From NCBI GenBank assembly GCA_965227835.1, contig OZ245768.1, forward strand, positions 210,001 to 242,000: a stretch of 32,000 nucleotides of DNA, written 5' to 3'. This stretch comes from Candidatus Saccharimonadota bacterium. GTDB lineage: Bacteria > Patescibacteriota > Gracilibacteria > BD1-5 > UBA6164. The notes below the pieces were generated by a model that ran no database searches, had not been told where the DNA came from, and saw only the letters and a list, made by a program, of their open reading frames with translations. Of the stretch, positions 8,596 to 17,735 are shown piece by piece. Numbering within the stretch: the stretch's first letter is position 1; every line of letters starts with the position of its first letter. The translations under genes and the position numbers were made by a program.

Positions 8596-9618
8596 ATGAG
8601 CAAGAATATACTATACAAAATTGATTTAAAATCAATCGTTTCTATAGGGCTAGATGTAAGTAAAAATAAAATAGATATTTGCTTACATAGCAATGAAAAA
8701 AATTTCTTCTTACAAATTAAAAATAATGAAACATGAATTTCTAATCTCATTAGTTGATTAAAAAATAATAATTTTAATCAAAATATACCTCTAGTTATAG
8801 AGTCAACTTGAGATTATAGTACTTTGGCTTGCATGTTACTTTCTAAAGCAAATTTCAATGTAAAAGAAATTAATCCCATTATTACTAAAAATTACACTAA
8901 ATCCACTATTAGATGAATAAAAACAGATAAAATAGATGCTAATATCCTAGCTAATATTTGAGCTTTAAATAAAAATGAATTGTTTTCTTATAATAAAACT
9001 AAAGCTTTTATTGCTATTAGTAAAAAAATATCATTGGTAGCAAATCTTGAAAAACAAATTCAATCATTAAAAATGACTATAAAAAGCTTTTATGAAATAA
9101 ACCAAAAAATTCATTTAGATATTTCTTCGAATGTAAAAAATATAAATATATCTATTTCTAAACTTGAGGATAATATTAAAAATCTTCAGAAAGAAATTCA
9201 GGAGGAGTCTATTTGAAAAGTAGAAGATAAAAAAATAGAGTTAATATGTTCTATAACAGGTTTTTCTAAATATATTGCTACTGTATCTTATGTCTCTTTT
9301 GCTCATAAAGATTTTGTTTCTAAAGAGTCTATGTATGCTTTTGTATGATATGATCCTAAATTGAAAGAAAGTGGAACTTTTAATTGAAAAGCCAGAATTA
9401 CAAAAAGGTGAAATCCTTATGTAAGAAAAAAATTGTTTCAGGCTGCTTTTTGTGCTACTAGGCATTCTAAATTGTTTAAGGGTATTTATGATAGGGCTAG
9501 AGAAAAATGAAAGCATCATTTTGTTTGTGTTATTAATGTTGTGAAGAAGATGATTCATATTTTATTTGCTTTGCTTAAAAATAACTCTGTTTTTAATCCT
9601 AATTTTGCCAAAATTTAG
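8596..9618 (+). CDS. IS110-family transposase/recombinase (DEDD type), 340 aa
   Basis: Motifs are IGLDVSKNKIDIC, VIESTGDYS, EINP, IKTDKIDANILA, YDPKLKESGTFNGKARITKRGNPYVRKKLFQAAF, and GKHHFVCVINVVKKMIHILFALLK. About 10 in-frame TGA are read as Gly. Track ORF 8980-9216 is an internal fragment. Confidence 0.9.
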
Positions 9619-9659
9619 TACTTTCTTTTCTTTTTCTTTTGACTTTCCTCATAATAGGA

Positions 9660-9700
9660 CTCTCCTTAGAGGAGATGGGAGTAAAACAGAAGGAATAGAA
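9660..9700 (+). repeat. 3' half of the family-1 GC-rich repeat split by the IS110 element
   Basis: ctctccttagaggagatgggagtaaaacagaaggaatagaa matches the 3' half of the copies at 2366-2425 and 12520-12610. Confidence 0.6.
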
Positions 9701-9770
9701 TATAAATTACTATTACAGAGTAGAGAATAATAAAATAAATTTTACTCTATAAATTATTTTTAAATCTATT

Positions 9771-9970
9771 GTGTCCCTTCAACAGAGGGCTTTAGTCCTT
9801 TGCCCATTAACAATATTTGCATTCAGCCTTTTGCATAGTAAGATTTTTGCAAATATAAATCTTAATTGCAAATTATCCTAAATTTAGTATATTCCTTTAG
9901 GCAGTGAGCTTTAGCCCTTTGTCCCATATTACATTATATCCTTTCAACAGAAAGCTTCATCCTTTTGCCT
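9771..9970 (+). repeat. Cluster of three family-2 hairpins plus copy B of the 80-nt unit
   Basis: The hairpins are cagagggctttagtcctttg (9783-9802), cagtgagctttagccctttg (9902-9921) and cagaaagcttcatccttttg (9948-9967). The 80-nt unit spans 9843-9925. Confidence 0.7.
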
Positions 9971-10034
9971 AGTAGAAATTTTGACAAAAAACTATGATAA
10001 ACTTTTAACTTTTAACTCTTAACTCCCCCCTCAA

Positions 10035-11456
10035 ATGAAAAACAAACTAACCCTCCAACCAAAAAAAGCCTTCACCCTAGTAGAACTAATAGTAGTAGTA
10101 ACAATACTAGCAATAATCTGAACAATATGATTTGTAAGCTATACAGACTATCTATCTTGAGTAAGAGATACAAATAGAACAGTACAACTAGAAAGTATAT
10201 GAGATTGATTAAAACTATCACTAACAAGATGAAGACTTCCAATACCCGATGACTATATAGAAGTTAAAACTAATTGAAATACTATAGCATATCAAGGATA
10301 TGCATGAGAAGAAGTACTAAAAAAAATTAAATATGACAAAGAAGGTAAAGACCCACTAGATAATACATATTTTTCATACTATGCTACAGACAATAGAAAG
10401 AACTTTCAATTAATGGCATTACTAGAAGAAACAAATGAAACTGTAAGTTTATTTAAGGGAGAAGTATTATCTAATGATATAGATTATGCAGATAGACAAG
10501 TTAAGGTAAGTTGAAAGAAGCTATGAATATTAACTGGGGGTTGAGATAATTTAAATGTACCAGTACAAGAGATATGAGAGATAAAAGATAATTGAGAATT
10601 AGATATAGCTACTACAGGAGAAGAATATATATCCCATATAGATGATATTGATAAGATTAGTTGAAGTTGAAGTGAATTAATAAAATCAATATATAATTCT
10701 AGTTGTAAGAGGATACTAGAATCTAGCTTAGATAATTGAGATTGAATTTATAAGATAAATCCTGCTGGAACAGAAGAATTTGAAGTTTATTGTGATATGA
10801 GTACTGATGGAGGTGGTTGGACTTTTTTATGGAAAAACTATGGAGGACCAGGAGCTACTGGAATTTCAAATGAAAATCTTTTAGTTTCAAATCAAAATGA
10901 TTTAGTAATTCCACAAAAAAATGGAGGAGAATTTAATTCAGAAATAAATACAAATGCTTGGAATTATTTTAAAGAATTAGAAAATGTAGAATTAATAAAG
11001 TTAGCAAGTTATAAAAATCGTCCAAGTGAATTTACACTTGCTTTTGGAAGTGGAACAGGTGTTTGGAACAAAATACATTTAGATTTGGGAGAAAGTGTTA
11101 CTTTCTCTGATTTATTTGATTTAACAAATCCTAATATTTTTACAAATTCTTATGGAGATGACTGTCTGAAACTTGATAATCAGGTTGAAATGTTTATAGA
11201 TGATTCCTCTTATGGAAAATCTGATTATATTTTCTTCAGAAATAATGAATCCTTTGGATTTGCTAATAGTCATCAAGATAGAGATTTTTGTGGAGAAACA
11301 AACCAAGATAATTTAATGAATGGCTGGGGAGCAAGACATGTAATTTCCTATGTTCATAATCAAAATGAACAAAATGCAGTTAGATGTCAATTTCAATGCT
11401 GGAATGGGACTGAAAATTATTGGATTGAAACTGCTTGGGGAATTAGAGAAAGATAA
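10035..11456 (+). CDS. Type IV pilin-like protein with a C-terminal fibrinogen-related-domain-like module, 473 aa
   Basis: The prepilin-type N-terminus is MKNKLTLQPKKAFTLVELIVVVTILAII. SCKRILESSLDNGDGIYKINPAGTEEFEVYCDMSTDGGGWTF matches the hallmark FReD start. Track ORF 10797-11456 is the C-terminal part of this frame. Confidence 0.85.
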
Positions 11457-11636
11457 AATAACAAGTTTTTTCTTAAAAATATTTATTTTTTAGACCCCTA
11501 AAGTATTTTTTGCAAACCAGTAAAAATTTTATAAAATAAGCTTTTGTTTTAATTATTCATTTTTAGATTTTAAAAATCTTTAAAGTTTGTAAATCAATAA
11601 TTAGAAAGCTTTATTTTTTTACTACTTAAAAACTCT

Positions 11637-12374
11637 ATGGCAATTAGCAAAAAAGCTGTAAACGATCCAGTAAATATAGAAAAAGTATCTAAACTACTCC
11701 AAAAACTTGATATAAAATACAAGGAAACATCTCACTATATATTATCATTCATCCACAGATCAATAGTAAATGAGAGACCAGATTTTACTCCAGAACACAA
11801 TGAAAGATTAGAATTTTTATGAGATGCGGTTTTAGAATTAGTAATCACAGATAAACTATTTAAAGACTTTCCTAAAAAACCAGAATGAGAATTGACAGAC
11901 ATTAGAAGTGCTCTTGTTAGATGAAAAAACCTTGCTGTAATTACTAGAGAACTAGGATTTTCAGATTATTTGTTTATGTGAAATTGAGAAGAAAAAATGT
12001 GATGAAGAAGCAATGATTATATATTAGCAAATACACTTGAAGCATTTATAGGAGCTATGTATGTAGACCTTTGAATAGAAAAAACAAGAGATTTTATAAT
12101 AAAACATATATATAAAACACTTGACTCTATATTGGAAAATAACCTTACAAAAGATTATAAAACACTCTATCAGGAATACAGCCAATCAAAATATGATATT
12201 ACACCAAACTATAAATTAATATCTGATTCTTGACCAGATCACGATAAACATTTTGAAGTTGGTGTATTTTTAGAAGAAAAAATGTCTTGAACATGACAAT
12301 GAACAAGTAAGAAAAAAGCCCAAGAACAAGCAGCAAAAAATGCTTATATGAATATAAGTTGAGATATGATTTAG
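11637..12374 (+). CDS. rnc: Ribonuclease III
   Basis: It has the signature HNERLEFLGDAVLELVI with the Gly encoded by TGA at 11820-11822. It also has EAFIGAMYVDLG and the dsRBD motif GPDHDKHFEVGV...KKKAQEQAAKNA. Confidence 0.95.
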
Positions 12375-12387
12375 GTTGAAGATTTAT

Positions 12388-12636
12388 AAAGACAAGGGGT
12401 CTTGACCCCTTGCATGATATTATCTTACCTTCATCCGAAAGCCCCTATCCTTTGGAGTACAGGAAATAGAGCAAACTAAACCTAACTTGAGCAAAACCTC
12501 ACCCTAATCCAAGCAAACCTCACCCGAGAGCCCCTCTCCTTAGAGTAGAGGAAGGTAGAACAGATTTCACCCTAACCCTTTCCTTTTGGAAGGAGAGGGG
12601 AGTAGAACAAGAGGGATATAGTACAGTGAATATAGG
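12388..12636 (+). repeat. Composite 3' repeat module: 23-nt hairpin plus about five family-1 GC-rich units
   Basis: It begins with agacaaggggtcttgaccccttg at 12390-12412. Units such as cctcacccgagagcccctctccttagagtagaggaaggtagaacag and caccctaaccctttccttttggaaggagaggggagtagaacaag follow. It starts 16 nt after the rnc stop. An inverted counterpart lies at 26641-26810. Confidence 0.8.
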
Positions 12637-12720
12637 TATTTTATGAAACAAGCAGAGATATTGGGATAGAAGAAACAGTATTCTTAAAATATATAATTTT
12701 TAAAATTTAAAAACTAAAAT

Positions 12721-13017
12721 ATGGTACAAATAGGACTTATATTTATGATTTTTACAGATATAATACTATATTTGATAATATTTGATGTCATACTATCATG
12801 GCTATTTTTATTTTGAGTTAGATGGAGACCACAATTTTTAAGATCAATAATTGACCCTATATACAACATAATATGAAAATATATCCCTTCAAAATTTTGA
12901 ATGTTTAGATTTGAAGCACTTATAGCTATATTTTCTATATACTTTATACAATGACTACTAATATATGCTATCCCTCAACTTAGAGAAGAGATTTTAAAGC
13001 TAACCTCATATATATAA
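12721..13017 (+). CDS. yggT: YggT-family membrane protein, 98 aa
   Basis: It has two hydrophobic helices. ILSWLFLFGVRWRPQFLRSIIDPIYNIIGKYIPSKFGMFRFEALIAI fits the YGGT repeat pattern. Its stop is 1 nt before the ftsW/rodA start. Confidence 0.7.
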
Positions 13018-13018
13018 A

Positions 13019-14236
13019 ATGGACAAGAGATCTATAGACTATAATTTACTATTTTCAGTCTTGGCACTGATAGTATTTGGTATGGTTATGATATCTTCCG
13101 TTTCTGTATACTCATCTTTCAAACTTACATCTTCCTATGTTTCTAGATGATTAATAGAAGATACCTACAACTATTTCTATGTAATTAGAAATATAACCCA
13201 TGTAGTCATATCTGTTTTTATACTAGGAATAGTAACAAAACTAAACTATAAATTCTTTGAAAAATACATAAAAATAATAGTATGAATAATACTTTTTATG
13301 CTTCTTTTTGTTCTTTTCAAATGAATGACTATAAAATGAGCCACAGGTTGGATAAATATAAGCTGACTACCTTTTACCATACAACCAACAGAGTTTTTAA
13401 AATTTATACTAATAATATTTTTAGCATACTTTTTCAAAAAAAATAAAAATCATCTTTCAAGTTTCAAAAAATGATTTATGCCTTTTTTATGAATAATTTG
13501 AGTGGTTGTTTTTTTAGTCTGACTACAACCAGATTTTTGAACACTTATGGTTGTCTTACCCGTATCTTTTATAATGTATTATATAACTTGATCCAAACTA
13601 AAAAATCTACTGGTTTTTTTATCTTTACTTGTAGTTTTAACTATATGAGTATATTCTTATGGTCAGTATGACAAAGAAACATGAAAAAATTTAAATAAAC
13701 TTGGCTATGTTACTAAAAGAATAGATAACTTTTTAGCCAGTAACCAAAAAGCCATTAGCAACAAAACTATAAATTATCAAACCAAACAATGACTTATAGC
13801 CATTTGAAGTGGTTGATTTGCCTGACTATGATTTTCAAACTCCATACAAAAATTCTGATACCTACCCGAAGTCCAGTGAGATTTTATATTTTCAGTTATA
13901 GTTGAAGAACTCTGATTTATTGGAGCTTTTGTACTTCTCAATTTTTATCTTTATATAGCTTGGAGATGATTCTATATAGCCAACAATGTTGATGACCTTT
14001 TTGCAAAATACTCTGCAGTTTGAATAAGCTCCCTTATAGTTATTCAAGCTTTTATAAATATATGAGTAAATCTAAATATAGTCCCTCTCACGGGTATAAC
14101 CCTACCTTTTATATCCTATTGATGATCTAGTCTATTATCTCTTTGTATAGCAATATGATTCTTACTCAATATATCAAGATATTCTAAAGAAAAACCAAAA
14201 TATTTCAGAAAAAACAAAGCTATTTTATGATTTTAA
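13019..14236 (+). CDS. ftsW: SEDS-family peptidoglycan polymerase (FtsW/RodA), 405 aa
   Basis: Motifs are [49 protein letters not shown], and NLNIVPLTGITLPFISYGGSS. Many TGA are read as Gly. Track ORFs 13246-13437 (-) and 13471-13671 (+) are out-of-frame shadows. Confidence 0.9.
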
Positions 14237-14242
14237 ATAATT

Positions 14243-15445
14243 ATGAAAAATACAATAACACCAGCTTTAGAGCAATTTTATGAATTAAAAAAACAAAACA
14301 AAGACTGCATTTTATGGTTTAGAATGTGAGATTTTTATGAAATGTTTGACGAAGATGCCCATATTGCTCACAAAGTACTTTGAATAAATATTACCTCTAG
14401 GAATAAAAATGCATCTGAACCACAGCCTCTAGCTTGAATACCATATCATGCAAAAGATAAATATTTACCCCAATTAGTAAATGCTTGATACAAAGTTGCT
14501 ATAGCTGAACAAGTGAGTGATCCCAAAGCAAAATGAATAGTAAAAAGAGAAATAGTTAGAGTTGTTAGCCCTGCTACTATAGCTTTGGAGTGAGAAACTT
14601 ATAGTCTAAATTCAAATGTATCAAATTATATAATATCTATAACACAAGAAAAAAACATTTACTGAATAAGCATAATTGAACCAAATACCTGACAATGGAG
14701 AGTTTGAGAGATTGATGAATTTCAAAAATTACTTGATGAGATTTACAAGATATCCCCTCAAGAAATAGTTCTAGAAAAGAAATTATTTGATAATCAAGAA
14801 CTAAGAAAAGGATTAGAAAAAAGACATACTACTAATATATATTTTCTAGATAATACTTCTGATCCAAAAGAAGAGCTGAAAACACATTTTGGTATAAAAG
14901 ACCTATATGCCTTTAATTTAGAGGATAATAAACTAGCTTGCAAAGCTGGAGCTTTAGTTTTGGAATATTTGAAATCTTCTCAAAAATCTGATTTAAAATA
15001 TCTAAATTCTATAAAGTATGAAACTTTTTCTGATTATATGAATTTAGATGAACAAACTATAAAAAGTCTTGATCTTCTTTACAATATTTCTACTAAATCA
15101 CAAAAAATATGAACACTTTTTTGAATAATGGATAAAACTAAAACCCCTATGTGAAGAAGATTTTTAAGAGAAGCTATAGTTAAACCACTCCAAGATATAG
15201 AAAAAATAGAAAAAAGACAAGATATAATAGAAGAGTTTTTAAAAGATTATGTAGTTTTAGATAAGGTAACAAAGAATCTTTCAAAAATATCTGACCTAGA
15301 TAATATATTATCTAGACTTTCTCTTGGTAGAGCTAATCCAAGAGATTTAATTGCTTTGAAAAATAGTTTAAAAACAATTTTAGAAGTATATGAGATAATA
15401 AAAGATTCTGGAAATGCTAGACTTATAGAGTTACTTGAAATATAG
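14243..15445 (+). CDS. mutS: MutS N-terminal half only (mismatch-binding, connector and core domains), 400 aa, with no ATPase domain
   Basis: Motifs are [49 protein letters not shown], and TPMGRRFLREAIVKPL. The frame ends at TAG 15443-15445 after LGRANPRDLIALKNSL. The next gene (holA) starts 44 nt later. Confidence 0.8.
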
Positions 15446-15489
15446 TTTTGAAGTGTTTTGTTATTTTTAAATTTATTCAACTATAAACC

Positions 15490-16446
15490 ATGATATACTT
15501 TTTTACATGAGATAATAGTTATTTGGTAAAAGAGAAAACTTTAGAATGGAAAAATATTTATATAAAAAAATATTGAGATTTTAGTTTGACTCACTTTAAG
15601 GATTTAAAAAATATTTGAGATGAGCTTTTGATTCAAGAAATATTGTCTCTTGGTTTTATGAATGAAAAAAAACTGATTATTATAGATGATTTTCCCTTGA
15701 AAGCTGGTGAAAAAGATCAAGCTTTAATCCAAAAACAAGATTTACTTCAAGGTATCATTACAGATATTCCAGAAAACAATATAGTTCTTTTTTCCAGTTC
15801 ATCCCCTGATAAAAGATCCAAATTTTATAAAGCTATTATAAAAAATGTAAACAAAGTAGAAGAATTTAATAGTAAAGGGGATTCATACATATATCCCGTT
15901 ATAAAATCAAAATTTGATGGTTTAATAGATATAGATGCTTTGAATTTACTTATAAAATATAAAGGAGGACATATAGAAAAGATAATATCTGAAATAGAAA
16001 AACTACTTATAACAAATGATAGAATAAATAAAAAACTTGTAGAAGATAATATTTTTCCAGAATTAGAAGAGTCTATTTTTCAATTTATAGATGATATAAT
16101 GAATTTAAATATATATCCTGCCTTAGAAAAACTGGATATAATTTTATCACAAGTTTCAGTTTATTCTTTTTATAACAATCTAATTTCAAATTTGAGAAAT
16201 CTTGTTTTTATATCAAACTTAAAATTAGATGAAAGAGTTCCTAGTAGAGATATATCAGAAATACTTGATTTAGGTAATAGGTCTTTTTTAGTAAATAAAA
16301 GATATAAAATTAGTTTAGAAACTTTAAATAGTCTATATATAGGATTAATAGATTTAGATAAAAAAATGAAGTCAGGTAAAATGATAGGTAGTGAAGATAA
16401 AGTTTTAAAATATGAAATAGAGAAAGAACTTTTAAAGGTTTTGTAG
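15490..16446 (+). CDS. holA: DNA polymerase III delta subunit (probable), 318 aa
   Basis: MIYFFTGDNSYLVKEKTLEWK...LGFMNEKKLIIIDDFP resembles the HolA N-terminal pattern. Track ORF 15628-16446 extends 46 codons upstream through 3 TGA to the ATG at 15490. Confidence 0.65.
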
Positions 16447-16560
16447 TTTTAATATTTGTGTATTTACAAAAATTATACTTCATTTTTTTTGACAAAACTA
16501 AATAAATTATTATAAGTATACTATATATTTAATATAAATTTATTTAATAACATTAAAACT

Positions 16561-17643
16561 ATGTTTGAAGATGTAATTAGGCAAGAAAACTTATCTTCTA
16601 CACCTTGAAGAATGGACTTTTCTTCTTTGTTTCCTGCTATCATAAAATTGCAGGTAGATAAAGCTTTGGATAGATATTATGAAAAACGATTTCATTTTGG
16701 ATCAACAGAATTAAAAATAGTAATTGATGAACTTAATCCATCTATACAAAATATTTCTTATAATAATTGAGAAAAAGAAATTACTGAGAATATTTCCTTA
16801 GATGAAAATAGAAATCCTATCTTTTTTCATTTATGATCAAAAAATTTTCTAGCATTATCAACTAGAGTATGAAATGATTTTAAGTTTATGGATTTAGTTG
16901 ATGTTTGATTTAATAGATTTAGATGTATTTTAAACGAAGATTGAAGCTTAAAAATAGCTAAACTTTGATCAGAATGTTTTATGATTGAAGATATCTATGA
17001 AGCCCAATATCCAGGTTTGGGTAATATATATGTTTCTTATATTTCAGATATCAAATGAAATAAACACAGAGGTGTATTTTTAGATGAAAAAGGTAACATA
17101 TTAAACTCTAATATATGATGAAAAAAACTATTTTATACGAGAGCTTGAATCATAAATTCTGATAATTGAGATAATTTGTGAGAAGGTTTTTTTGAAAACG
17201 ATAGAAGTTTAAAAATAATTAAGTTTGGAGAAACAGACTTTTTCACTAATCAAATTAATAAAGACCTAAAAATAGCTATAATAACAAATACAGACTGAGT
17301 TAGATTATGATGAGAAATTTGAGAAACTGCACTAGTTTTAAATGATGAATGTAAAGAAGTAAAGTCTGTAGAATTCAATTGATTATTTTTTGCTCTTGAA
17401 ACTGATATAAATAATAAAAATCAACCAAATCTTGTTTGTTTTGACTCATCATTTGAAAGGATTACTAATTTGAAAATAAAACAAATTCCTACAGATAAAA
17501 TAGAAAGTATTGAAAGACAATTACTTGGACTTGAAGTTCCAAACAAAGAAACGATTGAAGCTTTGAATGAAGATACAAGTGTAAATAGAGTTTATGGTTC
17601 TGTAAATGATCTTATGACAGACTTAAACTCTGATAAAAATTAA
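16561..17643 (+). CDS. Hypothetical protein, 360 aa, with a RelB/DinJ-like C-terminal tail
   Basis: The 361-codon frame is continuous, with about 25 TGA read as Gly and no TAA/TAG. The C-terminus is VPNKETIEALNEDTSVNRVYGSVNDLMTDLNSDKN. Confidence 0.75.
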
Positions 17644-17735
17644 TTGAACAAAATTTAGGATTTTTTACTAAAATTAATTATACTTTTTGAAAATTATTCT
17701 TCTAATAAGAAAAATTCCAAACTTTCAAATTTATC

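Larger units (their letters stand above)
8297..9665 (+). mobile_element. IS110-family insertion sequence (boundaries inferred, ambiguous by about 6 bp)
   Basis: It has no terminal inverted repeats, as expected for IS110. Joining 8296 to 9666 rebuilds a complete family-1 repeat (acctcaccctaaccctctcc|ttagaggagatgggagtaaaacag). The hexamer ctctcc is present at both junctions. The 5' non-coding end is 299 nt and the 3' end is 47 nt. Confidence 0.5.

Noticed and set aside
8362-8750. Two minus-strand track ORFs (69 and 61 aa) in and around the IS110 left end
   Set aside because: They have no SD and no family resemblance. One overlaps the start of the IS110 transposase in antisense. The region is better explained as the non-coding, possibly RNA-encoding, end of the IS.
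9771-9970. A CRISPR array, considered because of closely spaced similar hairpin repeats (also at 12430-12636)
   Set aside because: The repeats are degenerate and unequal in length and spacing, and they have no unique spacers of constant size. No cas genes or leader are present. They belong to dispersed intergenic repeat families.
10700-11456. Eukaryotic contamination or a chimeric contig as the source of the FReD-like segment
   Set aside because: The segment is in frame and contiguous with a pilin N-terminus that uses TGA-Gly. The FReD-like opening itself (DNGDG, about 10737-10751) contains two TGA codons. Base composition matches the surrounding DNA. Misassembly cannot be fully excluded without reads.
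15446-15489. Readthrough or a frameshift continuing mutS beyond TAG 15443-15445
   Set aside because: Only 44 nt separate the stop from holA. No frame downstream encodes Walker A or other MutS ATPase motifs.
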